Shown piece after piece: positions 16,540 to 26,166 of a stretch of DNA of 32,000 nucleotides. The translations under genes were made by a program, and so were the position numbers. A model generated the notes under the pieces. The model saw only the letters and a list, made by a program, of their open reading frames with translations. It was not told the DNA's origin and searched no databases. This DNA comes from Synechococcus sp. A15-28 (GTDB taxonomy: Bacteria; Cyanobacteriota; Cyanobacteriia; PCC-6307; Cyanobiaceae): positions 1,380,001 through 1,412,000 of the forward strand of contig NZ_CP047931.1 in NCBI RefSeq assembly GCF_014280175.1, read 5' to 3'. How positions within the stretch are numbered: the stretch's first letter is position 1; every line of letters begins with the position of its first letter.

Positions 16540-17490
16540 GTGGTTGTGGCCGTTCGGAACCAAAGCTGGACCCGCAGGCTTCTGGCAGCTGTCCTGGTGC
16601 CGCTGGTGGTGTTCAGCCTCGGTCTGATCACGCCGGAGCCCGCCGATGCAGCCCGCGGTGGCCGGATGGGCGGCGGCAGTTTCCGCGCCCCATCCATGCC
16701 CCGCAGCGGCGGCGGTGGCTACCGACGCGGCGGTTACGGCGGCGGTTACGGCGGTGGTTATCGCGGTGGCGGCTTCGGATTCCCGTTCATCATTCCGATC
16801 TTCGGCTTCGGTGGCGGCGGACTGTTCGGCCTGCTGATCCTGATGGCCGTGGCCGGTGTTCTGGTGAATGCCGTCCGCGGTGGGGGTGGTGCCCCTTCCA
16901 TCGGTGGCGGCTCACCGATGCCGGCGGTGCCCAGCAAGGTCAACATGATTCAGGTGCAGGTGGGGATGCTGGCCAGCGCCAAATCGCTCCAGGAGGATCT
17001 GCGCCGGCTGGCGGCCTCCTCAGACACCTCCAGTTCCAGCGGCCTGCAGCGGCTGCTGCAGGAATCCACCCTGGCCTTGCTGCGGCAACCTGAACTGTGG
17101 GTCTACGCCAACGCTGAGAGCGGCAGTGTGCCGTTCAGCAGCGCGGAATCCACGTTCAACCGTCTGTCGATGAACGAGCGCAGCAAATTGGATGCTGAGC
17201 TCACCAGCAACGTCGGTGGCCAAAGCATCAACAGCTCATCCGCCAATGTGGGTGAGGCCGACGCCACCAATGAATTTATCGTGGTCACCCTGCTTGTGGC
17301 GTCCACCGCTGCAGCCAGCCTCAAGGGAGCCAGCACAGGCGAAGACCTGCGCCAGACACTGCGCATCCTCGGCTCAACGGCCTCCTCTGAACTGATGGCC
17401 CTCGAGGTGATCTGGCAGCCGGAGGGACGCGGCGATGTTCTCAGTTCCGAGGAACTTCTCACCGCCTACCCGAATCTGCAGCACCTCTGA
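16540..17490 (+). CDS. DUF1517 family protein
   Basis: Signal/TM N-terminus, RGGRMGGGSFRAPSMPRSGGGGYRRGGYGGG region, conserved C-terminal domain. Confidence 0.8.
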   Translation: MVVAVRNQSWTRRLLAAVLVPLVVFSLGLITPEPADAARGGRMGGGSFRAPSMPRSGGGGYRRGGYGGGYGGGYRGGGFGFPFIIPIFGFGGGGLFGLLILMAVAGVLVNAVRGGGGAPSIGGGSPMPAVPSKVNMIQVQVGMLASAKSLQEDLRRLAASSDTSSSSGLQRLLQESTLALLRQPELWVYANAESGSVPFSSAESTFNRLSMNERSKLDAELTSNVGGQSINSSSANVGEADATNEFIVVTLLVASTAAASLKGASTGEDLRQTLRILGSTASSELMALEVIWQPEGRGDVLSSEELLTAYPNLQHL

Positions 17491-17607
17491 GGATCTGAAG
17501 ATTTTCTTCCGCAGATCAAACGCAATATGAGCACTTTTTCTCAGGATCAACACCTAGTTTTCGAATAAGAACATCCGTCGAATTCATTGGCTCCCAATCC
17601 CCGCGCA

Positions 17608-17745
17608 ATGGAATGGCAACAGGACGGGGAGCTGTCGCGATCGGATTGGAATGCCCTGCTGAGCACCCTGCAGCAGGTGGAAACCGATCACAACTCCGCT
17701 GAACTGGAGCGATTGGGTGAGGTCGATTTCGACCAGGCTGTCTGA
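17608..17745 (+). CDS. Small hypothetical protein (45 aa)
   Basis: MEWQQDGELSRSDWNALLSTLQQVETDHNSAELERLGEVDFDQAV*. Confidence 0.45.
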   Translation: MEWQQDGELSRSDWNALLSTLQQVETDHNSAELERLGEVDFDQAV

Positions 17746-17748
17746 CCC

Positions 17749-18399
17749 TCAACGCCCCCTCAGCATCCGCAACGCCGCCATGGCGGCTCCGTAACCGTTG
17801 TCGATATTGACCACGGTCAATCCCGGTGCGCAACTGGCCAGCATCCCATCGAGGGCGGTTCTTCCACCAGCGCTGACGCCGTAACCCACCGACACCGGCA
17901 CACCGATGATCGGCTGAGGCACGAGGCCAGCCAGCACCGTCGGCAGGGCCCCTTCCATGCCGGCGCAGGCAATCAAGACAGCGGCGGACTCCAACCTGGG
18001 GAGCTGATCCAGCAATCGGTGCAGACCGGCCACCCCCACGTCCATCAACGGATCCACCGCAATGCCATGGCAGCGCAGGGCAAGGGTCGCCTCAGCCACG
18101 ACGCTGCGGTCGCTGCTGCCACCGCTGAGCACCGCCACCGGCGGCGGTCCCGGTGGCAAGGCAGGCAGTTCCCCAAGGGTCAGACAACGGGCATCGTCAT
18201 GAACCACCACAGCAGGCAGGGCTGCTAGCACTGCATCGGCTTTCTCCGGTGCCACCCGGGTCACCAGACCCAGCTCATCACCGGCGGCAAACCGTTTCAG
18301 GATCGCGATGATCTGCTCAGCGGTCTTGTGCTCCCCCCACACGGCTTCGACCATGCCGAGCCGTGCCCGTCGCTTCAGGTCCAGACGGGCGTCGATCAT
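17749..18399 (-). CDS. larB: LarB-like / AIR-carboxylase-domain protein
   Basis: LSGGSSDRSVVAEA...DVGVAGLHRLLDQLPRLESAAVLIACAGMEGALPTVLAGLVPQPIIGVPVSVGYG; start at 18399. Confidence 0.85.
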   Translation of the reverse strand: MIDARLDLKRRARLGMVEAVWGEHKTAEQIIAILKRFAAGDELGLVTRVAPEKADAVLAALPAVVVHDDARCLTLGELPALPPGPPPVAVLSGGSSDRSVVAEATLALRCHGIAVDPLMDVGVAGLHRLLDQLPRLESAAVLIACAGMEGALPTVLAGLVPQPIIGVPVSVGYGVSAGGRTALDGMLASCAPGLTVVNIDNGYGAAMAALRMLRGR

Positions 18400-18800
18400 T
18401 GGGACGGCAGCAGCTGGGCCTGCAGTTCGCCTTCCGCCAGCAACGGGAACAGCGGTGCTGAGCCTGGATCCCGATTCAGAGCTTGATTCACCCGAGCCTC
18501 GAAGACCTCCTGCACCCGCTGGACCTCCTCGGAGGGGATCGCCTTCCACTGCTCACGGCTGCTCCAGCGGATCAGCAGCAGACCCTCCTCTCGCTCTGGA
18601 TCCCAAAACAGCTCACGCCCCTCAAATCCCGCCTGCTGCTCCAACCAGGGCTGCCAGCTGCTGGCCTCGGCCTGCAGCCAAAGCTCACGATGGGATGCCG
18701 GCACCGCCAGTCGCAGCTGCTCAATCACCCCCTGCTCCGCCATGACCGGTGCTGCAACGCTGAGCAGCATGGCCAGAAGCAGTGCCATGGCGCGACTCAT
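18396..18800 (-). CDS. TIGR03792-like small exported protein
   Basis: [68 protein letters not shown]...; ATGG overlap with larB. Confidence 0.6.
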   Translation of the reverse strand: MSRAMALLLAMLLSVAAPVMAEQGVIEQLRLAVPASHRELWLQAEASSWQPWLEQQAGFEGRELFWDPEREEGLLLIRWSSREQWKAIPSEEVQRVQEVFEARVNQALNRDPGSAPLFPLLAEGELQAQLLPSQ

Positions 18801-19996
18801 GGCTGGCCCAGCAGCACAACGGCCTGACAACTGATGCCTTCCTCCCGTCCCTCCGGTCCCAGCCGTTCGTTGGTGGTGGCCTTCACACCGACGGCCTCGG
18901 CGGCAATGCCGATGCGGGATGCGATGTTGCCGCGCATCGCTTCGATGTGGGGCTTCAGCTTGGGCCGCTCGGCGATCACCACCGCATCGACGTTCACCAC
19001 CTGCCAACCCCGTTGACTCACCAGGGCCACCACCTGCTCCAGCAGCTGAAGGCTGTTGGCCCCCTTCCATTGCGGATCCGTGGGCGGGAAATACTTGCCG
19101 ATGTCCCCGAGCGACAGGGCACCGAGCAGGGCATCCATCACCGCATGCACCAGCACATCGGCGTCGCTGTGGCCGTCGAGGCCCAGGCCATCGGGATGCT
19201 CCAGGGTCACACCACCGAGAATCAGCGGTCGGCCCGACACCAACCGATGAATGTCATAGCCATTGCCGATCCGCAATGTCATGGCCGCTCCGGAGTCATC
19301 GCTCGCCATTCTCCAGCGTGCGTAGAGATCCGGTCGACGATCCCGCGTGCGTTGCTCCCGCTGCTGCTGCCGCCAGGCCTCGATGGCGCCATGGTTTCCG
19401 CCCCGCAGCACCTCCGGCACCGCCATGCCCTGGAACTCCGCCGGTCGGGTGTAGTGGGGATGCTCCAGCAGCAGCGTGCTGTGGCTTTCCTCCACCAGTG
19501 ACTGGGCCGTTCCCACGGTGCCCGGCAACAGCCGCACCACCCCATTGATCACGGTCATCGCCGGCAGCTCACCACCGGTGAGCACGAAATCACCGGCGGA
19601 CACCTCCTCATCGGCAAGGCTGCGGATGCGTTCATCAAACCCTTCGTAATGGCCGCAGAGCAGCACGAGCTGATCGTGCTCCTGGGACCAGCGCTGCAGG
19701 TCTCTCTGCTGCAGTGGTCGCCCCTGCGGTGACATCAGCAGCACCCGGCTGCGGGGACTACGGGGGATCGACTCCACCGCGGCGAACACCGGTTCCGGCT
19801 TCAGCACCATGCCGGCGCCGCCGCCATAGGGCTCATCGTCCACCTTGCGGTAGCGGTCGGTGGCGAAATCGCGGGGATTGTGGAGATGCAGCTCAGCGAT
19901 GCCGTTGCCGAAGGCACGGCCGATCACCCCCAGCTCGAGCAACGGGGCAAAGGCCTGCGGCGCCAGGCTCACCACATCGAGGCGATAGGACGCCAT
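18797..19996 (-). CDS. trmD-ispF: TrmD (tRNA m1G37 methyltransferase) fused in one ORF to IspF (MECDP synthase)
   Basis: N-terminal [39 protein letters not shown]; C-terminal [30 protein letters not shown]; no stop between. Confidence 0.9.
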   Translation of the reverse strand: MASYRLDVVSLAPQAFAPLLELGVIGRAFGNGIAELHLHNPRDFATDRYRKVDDEPYGGGAGMVLKPEPVFAAVESIPRSPRSRVLLMSPQGRPLQQRDLQRWSQEHDQLVLLCGHYEGFDERIRSLADEEVSAGDFVLTGGELPAMTVINGVVRLLPGTVGTAQSLVEESHSTLLLEHPHYTRPAEFQGMAVPEVLRGGNHGAIEAWRQQQREQRTRDRRPDLYARWRMASDDSGAAMTLRIGNGYDIHRLVSGRPLILGGVTLEHPDGLGLDGHSDADVLVHAVMDALLGALSLGDIGKYFPPTDPQWKGANSLQLLEQVVALVSQRGWQVVNVDAVVIAERPKLKPHIEAMRGNIASRIGIAAEAVGVKATTNERLGPEGREEGISCQAVVLLGQP

Positions 19997-20002
19997 CGCG
20001 GC

Positions 20003-20467
20003 TCAGGCGGCAGGTTTGGACACCCGGCGGATGTCCGTGCAGAAACTGCCCTGCAGCGGTGTTCCCTCCTGATCCGTCGCCGTGGTGCTGCGCAACCGCA
20101 GGTTGGCGCGGGTGAACCAAATCCGCTCCTGCACCGACGTTCCATCAGGCTGCGACAGGTTCAACTCCATGCTGCCGTCAGGCCAGAAGCGCCACTGCCC
20201 GGCCGATGCTCCGTTGATGGCCAAAGCACCATCCCGCTGAAACCGCAGGGTGGTGGTCGCTCCCCCCGGTGCGGTCACCACCAGCTCTCCCTCCACCTCA
20301 TCTGCAGGTGCACCGCAGCGCACCACCAGCTCCCCGCGTTCGCTGCTGTGCCAGTCGTCATCGCCGCCGCTGGAGAGCTCAAAGCTGCTGCGCAGGCTCA
20401 TCCACTCGCCGGCACAGAGACCGATAAACGCTGCGGCATCAGCCGGCGGGAAGGGTTGGTCGCTCAT
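20003..20467 (-). CDS. CpcS/CpeS family phycobiliprotein lyase
   Basis: FIGLCAGEWMSLRSSFELSS ... ERIWFTRANLRLRST ... GSFCTDIRRV. Confidence 0.75.
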   Translation of the reverse strand: MSDQPFPPADAAAFIGLCAGEWMSLRSSFELSSGGDDDWHSSERGELVVRCGAPADEVEGELVVTAPGGATTTLRFQRDGALAINGASAGQWRFWPDGSMELNLSQPDGTSVQERIWFTRANLRLRSTTATDQEGTPLQGSFCTDIRRVSKPAA

Positions 20468-20489
20468 CCATCCATCTTCTCAGCCGGCT

Positions 20490-21392
20490 TCACCAGGTGA
20501 GTGGCAGAAACGGATAGGGACGGTTCCAGCCGTACAGGGCCAGACGCTGGCGTCCCGGCAGGGCCGCACCGCGGCGGTGGAAGGCAAACACATCCGCCAG
20601 CACCAGGGTGTTGGCCTGGCAGGGCAAGGCCACCGGCGCCGGAAGGCCCAGGGATGCCAGCTCCGTCTCGGGGATCCGAAACGAGCCGGAAACATCCGGC
20701 TGCTGCTGCTGACGGATCGCGGCATTGGCGGTGGCCTGTTCCCAGCGCAGCCGTTCTGGGCTGAGCCGATGGCTGCCGGGAACCACTTCAAACGGGCCAT
20801 CGTCCGCCGTGACCGGCCGCAGAAACAGCCAGAACTTGAGCGCCCGAAAGAACGTGTCGCGGTGCAGGTCCTTCTGCAGGTCCGGCGTGCGGCTCTCCTC
20901 GCCATGCACAGTGAGATAAATGTCCAGCTTGCGCGGATCCATCGGCAGTCCGATCACATGGCGGGACCAGCGGCTGAGGCGTGGGTCGCGGCTCAGCGCC
21001 GCCGCATGGGGCAACCGTGCCGGATCAATGTGCAGAAAGCGGTTGAGGGTGCCGCCGTCGTAGCGATCGAAGCCTCCGGGAAACGGTTGCTTCGGCTGGA
21101 ATCCTGTTTTGTCGTTGGCGGCCATCGGATGCTGAGCATTCGCGGCGGCCAGATGAGCCTCCACCTCATCCCGCAAGGAACTGAAGGCTGGTTCGGGCAA
21201 AACGTCTGGCACCACCAGAAAGCCATCCCGCTCCAGCTGACGCTCCTGGACCGGTCTCAACCAGCGCCGCCAGCGGCAGAGCGCTTCCGCCAGCTGCACG
21301 CGACGGCGATGCAACTGCCAACGCTGATTGAGCGCAGGCTGCCCCACCCATGGGTCACGGAAGCTCTTGGTGCGGCTCAGCAGCGACAGCAT
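20490..21392 (-). CDS. Phytanoyl-CoA dioxygenase (PhyH)-like protein
   Basis: LVVPDVLPEPAFSSLRDEVEAHL...LQKDLHRDTFFRALKFWLFLRPVTADDGPFEVVPGSHRLS. Confidence 0.75.
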   Translation of the reverse strand: MLSLLSRTKSFRDPWVGQPALNQRWQLHRRRVQLAEALCRWRRWLRPVQERQLERDGFLVVPDVLPEPAFSSLRDEVEAHLAAANAQHPMAANDKTGFQPKQPFPGGFDRYDGGTLNRFLHIDPARLPHAAALSRDPRLSRWSRHVIGLPMDPRKLDIYLTVHGEESRTPDLQKDLHRDTFFRALKFWLFLRPVTADDGPFEVVPGSHRLSPERLRWEQATANAAIRQQQQPDVSGSFRIPETELASLGLPAPVALPCQANTLVLADVFAFHRRGAALPGRQRLALYGWNRPYPFLPLTW

Positions 21393-22327
21393 CAGGCGTC
21401 GCCCCCGTAGCCCAGCTCAGCAAGCCGGGCCGGTTTGCTGCGCCAGTCCGGCACCACCTTCACGAACAGCTCCAGATACACCGGCCCATCGATCAGGGTC
21501 TGCATCTGCAGCCGGGCGCCCTGGCCGATCGTCTTGAGCATGGCGCCGCCCTTGCCGATGAGAATCCCCTTCTGGCTTTTGCGCTCCACCAGCACAGTCG
21601 CAAGCACAGCCGTGCGCCCGCCGCCCTTGCCGGTCGCTGGCAGCTCCTCCACGCGATCGATCGTCACCGCAACGCTGTGGGGGATCTCCTCGCGGGTGTG
21701 CAGCAACACCTGCTCTCGGATCAGCTCACCCATCAACACCCGCTCCGGTTGGTCAGAGACCATCTCCGGGGGATAGAGCTGCGGACCCCGGGGCAACTGG
21801 TCCGCCATGGCCTGCGTGAGCGCAGTGCACCCGTCGCCGGCCAGGGCACTGCAGCGGTGAACCGGCCAAGCCGTTTCGCTCAGCAACGCGCTGTAGGCCG
21901 ACGCCGACTCCTCTTGCCGCTCCTCCGGCACCTTGTCCCATTTGTTCAACGCCACCAACACCGGCAACGGTTGTTGCCGCAGCAGATTGACGATGAATGC
22001 GTCGCCACGGCCGGGGCGCTCACAGCCCTCCAGCAGCAGCACCACAAGATCCACTTCGCCGATGGCGCTGCGGGCGCTCTGCACCAACCGCTCCCCCAGC
22101 AGGTGATGGGGCTTATGGATGCCAGGGGTGTCCACCAGGACCATCTGGGCGTCCTCTGTGGTGAGGATGGCGCGCAACCGGTTGCGGGTGGTCTGGGCCA
22201 CGGGCGAGGTGATGGCCACCTTCTCCCCCACCAGCTGGTTCACCAGGGTGGATTTGCCCACGTTGGGCCTGCCGATCAGTGCGATGAAGCCGGAGCGGTG
22301 GTCCTCCGACGACGGAGTGGAAAGCAT
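21392..22327 (-). CDS. era: GTPase Era
   Basis: GFIALIGRPNVGKSTLVNQLVGEKVAITSPVAQTTR, DTPGIHKP, NKWDKV, C-terminal KH region. Confidence 0.95.
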   Translation of the reverse strand: MLSTPSSEDHRSGFIALIGRPNVGKSTLVNQLVGEKVAITSPVAQTTRNRLRAILTTEDAQMVLVDTPGIHKPHHLLGERLVQSARSAIGEVDLVVLLLEGCERPGRGDAFIVNLLRQQPLPVLVALNKWDKVPEERQEESASAYSALLSETAWPVHRCSALAGDGCTALTQAMADQLPRGPQLYPPEMVSDQPERVLMGELIREQVLLHTREEIPHSVAVTIDRVEELPATGKGGGRTAVLATVLVERKSQKGILIGKGGAMLKTIGQGARLQMQTLIDGPVYLELFVKVVPDWRSKPARLAELGYGGDA

Positions 22328-22344
22328 CACGCAAGTCTGCGCCG

Positions 22345-23196
22345 TCACTGCCCCTGATTCGTTTCCGCCTCCTCCAGGGCTGCAGTGGGATCAGCTGTGA
22401 GATCAGCCGTCAGGAATTCGCGCGTCTCCGGCAGCGCCAGTCGCAGATTCGACTGAAAGTCAAAGTCGACATCGAGGGATGCGGCTTTCAGATCGAGAAG
22501 ATGACCACCATGCCGATGGTCGTCCGACAGGAAGTGCAGGTGATATCCGGGGATGTTGAGGCTGCTGGCATGGGTTGGACTCCAGAACCCCACCAACGTG
22601 CCGCTGATGGCCTGGTGAGAGAATGTGGTCTGTGACCGGGTGGCATCCAGAAGGGTTGCGCCCGCCTCCACACGGGACACCGAGCGGACGAGCAGTTCCT
22701 CGAACATGCCTCGGATGCGCAGCGCCACAAAAAGATTCGCGCCCGGGCGATGGGGATCCAGCAACGCCCCGAGCTGCTCAAAGCTGCTCACCGGACCGAG
22801 CTGCACTCGCTGCTCGCTTTCGAAATGTGTGGCGATCCAGAACGGAATGCCCTCCTCCGGAGGCGCCTCACGAAGACGACCATCAGCACAGGCCTGCCAG
22901 CAGACGCCATCGAGAAGAATCCCTTCACCGTCGAGCTGCTCGAAGGTCCCGATTCCAAAGTCGCCGTGATCGGCCAGGTCGCGCACATGCAGCGCATCGC
23001 CGAACACCCCTTCCACCACCGCAGTGGAGGTGGATAGTTGCCAGAGGGTGTGATGCTCCAGATCCAGATAATCCGCCAGAGCCTTTCGGATCACGGCGCT
23101 GTAACTCTCACCAGTCCTGCTCGCATGAGCTTGTAAAGCCGACCAATGGCCAGAGGGCAGGTTCACGTGGAGCCCATGGCAAGACGTCTCTGGCAT
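22345..23196 (-). CDS. Alpha-acetolactate decarboxylase with RHH/CopG-like N-terminal segment
   Basis: LWQLSTSTAVVEGVFGD...DHGDFGIGTFEQLDGEGILLDGVCWQ...GTLVGFWSP...GYHLHFLSDDHRHGGHLLD; N-term HVNLPSGHWSALQAHASRTGESYSAVIRKALADYLD. Confidence 0.85.
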   Translation of the reverse strand: MPETSCHGLHVNLPSGHWSALQAHASRTGESYSAVIRKALADYLDLEHHTLWQLSTSTAVVEGVFGDALHVRDLADHGDFGIGTFEQLDGEGILLDGVCWQACADGRLREAPPEEGIPFWIATHFESEQRVQLGPVSSFEQLGALLDPHRPGANLFVALRIRGMFEELLVRSVSRVEAGATLLDATRSQTTFSHQAISGTLVGFWSPTHASSLNIPGYHLHFLSDDHRHGGHLLDLKAASLDVDFDFQSNLRLALPETREFLTADLTADPTAALEEAETNQGQ

Positions 23197-23240
23197 CGTC
23201 TGAATCCAACTTGCCCATAGCCTGGCCTCAAGGTCGGACC

Positions 23241-23768
23241 ATGGCGATGCCTGAACAGCAACCCACCTTCCAGCAGGCAATGGAGATCACCGCTGCCTGG
23301 TTGCAGCAGTGGGAGAACGAGGAGATCAGCGATGAGGTGCTGGCGGACCGAATCGGTGAGATGGTGTCCAGCCGCGATGGCGCCAGGGGCTTCTTTGTGG
23401 TGAGCCTGGCTGGCGACAGCGTTCTGATGGATCGACTGCCGGATGCCGTTGTAGGGCAACTGCGCGCTGCAGGCGCTGGGGTTGTGGATCTGAGCGTGCG
23501 CAACCTGGCCATGAGCACCGCCATGGCGGTTGCCCACCACCGCTCCGGTGACAGCGCCCAGCAGGAAGGCTCGCAACGGGTCAGAACCCGCTGCACTGAA
23601 CTGCTGCGGCAACTGGAGCCGGGCCTGGTGAAAGAACGGCTGGAGCAACTGCTGGAGGCTGCTGTCGACAACACTGGAGCTGATGTCTCCTTTCTGGAGA
23701 AATGGGGCTACGACGTCGAGCAGCGTGATGCCATCCGCCAAAGCGTTTATGCCGTCGCCGACGAGTGA
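23241..23768 (+). CDS. Conserved hypothetical protein
   Basis: MAMPEQQPTFQQAMEITAAWLQQWENEEISDEVLADRIGEMVSSRDGARGFFV...; internal start of ORF 22623-23768. Confidence 0.7.
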   Translation: MAMPEQQPTFQQAMEITAAWLQQWENEEISDEVLADRIGEMVSSRDGARGFFVVSLAGDSVLMDRLPDAVVGQLRAAGAGVVDLSVRNLAMSTAMAVAHHRSGDSAQQEGSQRVRTRCTELLRQLEPGLVKERLEQLLEAAVDNTGADVSFLEKWGYDVEQRDAIRQSVYAVADE

Positions 23769-23790
23769 AGGGTGAAGACAACCAACAAAA

Positions 23791-23815
23791 AAGCCCCGGA
23801 AGTACCGGGGCTTTT
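23791..23815. terminator. Bidirectional Rho-independent terminator
   Basis: aagccccgg-aagta-ccggggctttt, preceded by an A-run, between convergent genes. Confidence 0.85.
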
Positions 23816-23861
23816 CGAGTGGATGATGTCGATCGGACCAATCCAATCGGACTCAATCGTG

Positions 23862-24593
23862 TCAGTCGCGGCGACCACCGCCATTGAGCACGATGATCAG
23901 GCGCAGGATGAAGATGAACAGGTTGATGTAGGTGAGGTACATGCTCAGGGCACCTGCCAGATACTGCTCATCCCGGTAGGCGCGGGGCATCGTGTAGAAG
24001 TCGACGAAGGCGGCGCCCACAAACAGCACGGTGCCGAAACCGGCGATCATCAACTCGAAGCTTGTGCCTTGGAATATCGCCGGAGCGAAGATTCCACCGA
24101 TGAATTGCACCACCATGGCGAGAATCAGGCCGATCAAGCCCAGTCCCACCACACCGGACAGGGCCTGACCGACGCTGTCGCTCATGCGACGCCCAACAAT
24201 TGAGGCGATCACAAAGGTGATGCCAGTGGCCAGGGCAGCGGTGCCGACGGCCCCGATCCCTGCAACCGCTCCGGCCAGGGCCACCAGACCGCTGAGGGTG
24301 AAGCCTGTGATCAGGCTGTAAACGGCCAGGAGTGGCAATGCCGTGGCGTTGTTGCCCTTCATCGCCACGTTTTGGGCAACAAAGAAGAGAACCAAGTTGC
24401 CGATCACGGCCGCCCAGAACAGGGGCATGAACATCGGCGTCGCCATCATCGACAGGCCGCCGATCACCCCGACAGAGGTGAGCACCATGCCGCCGCCCAC
24501 ATAGGGGAGCGCCTTGTTGACCACGTTGGGGCCCACCAGAGCGCTGGACTGCGCATCGCGGATGGCCTGCTGAAAATTGCTGCTTGCTGGCAT
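23862..24593 (-). CDS. Bax inhibitor-1 family membrane protein
   Basis: Multi-TM ORF; GTVLFVGAAFVDFYTMPRA...LSMYLTYINLFIFILRLI. Confidence 0.8.
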   Translation of the reverse strand: MPASSNFQQAIRDAQSSALVGPNVVNKALPYVGGGMVLTSVGVIGGLSMMATPMFMPLFWAAVIGNLVLFFVAQNVAMKGNNATALPLLAVYSLITGFTLSGLVALAGAVAGIGAVGTAALATGITFVIASIVGRRMSDSVGQALSGVVGLGLIGLILAMVVQFIGGIFAPAIFQGTSFELMIAGFGTVLFVGAAFVDFYTMPRAYRDEQYLAGALSMYLTYINLFIFILRLIIVLNGGGRRD

Positions 24594-24660
24594 GTCGACC
24601 AGACCACAATCACTCCAAATATCCTGCCAGCACTGACAAGGGTCTGGGGTGCGGATCTCC

Positions 24661-25656
24661 CTATCGACGCAAAGGACGTGACGAGCGCTGATCATCGAGG
24701 CGGGCATAGGCCTCCACCACCCGCTGCACCAAGGGATGTCGCACCACATCAGCCGATGTCAACCGACAGACGGCAACCCCTTCAACGCCATCCAGCACAT
24801 CCGAGGCTTCCACCAGACCGCTCGGGAGGCCATTGGGAAGATCCACCTGGGTGACATCACCGGTCACCACCATGCGGGAGCGTTCCCCCAGACGGGTCAG
24901 CACCATCCGCATCTGAGCCGGTGTGGTGTTCTGCGCCTCATCGAGGATCACAAAGGCGTCGCTGAGGGTGCGGCCACGCATGTAAGCCAACGGAGCCACT
25001 TCGATCACCCCTTTTTCGAGCAACACCGTGGTCTTGTCCGGCCCCAGCAGGGTGTGCAGAGCGTCGTAAAGCGGTCGCAGGTAAGGATCCACCTTCTGCT
25101 GCAGATCTCCCGGCAGAAACCCCAGTCGCTCCCCCGCCTCCACGGCCGGTCGGGTCAGGATCAGTCGCTCCACCTTGCGCTCCGAGAGCATCCGCACCGC
25201 CAGGACCGTGGCCAGGAAGGTCTTACCCGTTCCCGCAGGTCCCAGAGCGAAGGTGAGGTCATGCCGCTCCATGGCATCGACGTAATGCTTCTGACGCAGC
25301 GTCCGCGGCCTCAGCATCGAGCCGGTCTGACTGCGCGCCAGCACCTGCTCTCCCATTGCCGCATGGTCATCCTCCCGACCACTGCTGAGGGCGCCAAGGG
25401 CCGCCTGGAGATCAACGCTGGACACGGCTTGTCCGTCCTGCCAGATCGGACGCACCAGCTCAACCACCGCTGCAGCCCGCTCGATCTGCGTTGGTCTTCC
25501 GGTGATCATCAACTGGAGACCCCGCAACACCAACGAGGCTCCGGTCAGAGCTTCAAGGCGATGCAGGGTCGATTCGGCAGCTCCAGCGAGAGCCAGAGCT
25601 GCCTCAGGATCCGGTAAATCAAAAACGAAGCGGCTGCGTGCGCCGTCCTCAGACAC
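24661..25656 (-). CDS. phoH: PhoH family ATPase
   Basis: FALGPAGTGKTFLATVLAVRML, LTRPAVEAGERLGFLPGDLQQKVDPYLRPLYDAL, YMRGRTLSDAFVILDEAQN. Confidence 0.92.
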   Translation of the reverse strand: MSEDGARSRFVFDLPDPEAALALAGAAESTLHRLEALTGASLVLRGLQLMITGRPTQIERAAAVVELVRPIWQDGQAVSSVDLQAALGALSSGREDDHAAMGEQVLARSQTGSMLRPRTLRQKHYVDAMERHDLTFALGPAGTGKTFLATVLAVRMLSERKVERLILTRPAVEAGERLGFLPGDLQQKVDPYLRPLYDALHTLLGPDKTTVLLEKGVIEVAPLAYMRGRTLSDAFVILDEAQNTTPAQMRMVLTRLGERSRMVVTGDVTQVDLPNGLPSGLVEASDVLDGVEGVAVCRLTSADVVRHPLVQRVVEAYARLDDQRSSRPLRR

Positions 25657-25664
25657 CGGGGAGA

Positions 25665-26087
25665 TCAGCTTTCGCTGGATTCGGCCTCAGCTTCTGGGGC
25701 GTCTTCAGCGTTGGAAGCCTCAGCAGCGGCAGCGGCTTCCGCTTCAGCAGCAGCCTTGGCCTCGGCGGCTTCCTTGGCAGCCTGCTTGGCCTCTTCCTCG
25801 AGCTTGGCAGCCTGCTTGGCTTTACCGACGGTTTCCGCAGGGCGGATGGTCTTCTCGATCAAGCCGCCGCGCTCGAGCAGCGTGCGCACCACATCCGTGG
25901 GCTGGGCCCCTTGGCCAAGACGCTCCCGAATCGCTTCGGTGTCGAGGCGGGTTTCCTTGGTGCGGGGGTTGTAGAAGCCAAGTTCCTGGAGCGGACGCCC
26001 ATCCCGACGGGAGGTGCTGTTGCAGGCCACGAGGCGGAAGCTTGCTTCCCGCTTCTTGCCGAACCGCTTCAGGCGGAGCTTGATCAT
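25665..26087 (-). CDS. rpsP: 30S ribosomal protein S16 with Ala/Glu-rich C-terminal extension
   Basis: [43 protein letters not shown]. Confidence 0.94.
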   Translation of the reverse strand: MIKLRLKRFGKKREASFRLVACNSTSRRDGRPLQELGFYNPRTKETRLDTEAIRERLGQGAQPTDVVRTLLERGGLIEKTIRPAETVGKAKQAAKLEEEAKQAAKEAAEAKAAAEAEAAAAAEASNAEDAPEAEAESSES

Positions 26088-26166
26088 CGTGGACCTGCTG
26101 TTGAGAACGTCAGTGAATCCGGCAGCACGAATTCGGCCGCCAAACGACCACCATACCGTCTGACCC

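Noticed and set aside
20250-22357. Long plus-strand ORFs (20250-21410, 21350-22357) and 24736-25617
   Set aside because: Antisense shadow frames in GC-rich DNA over clear phyH-like, era and phoH genes.
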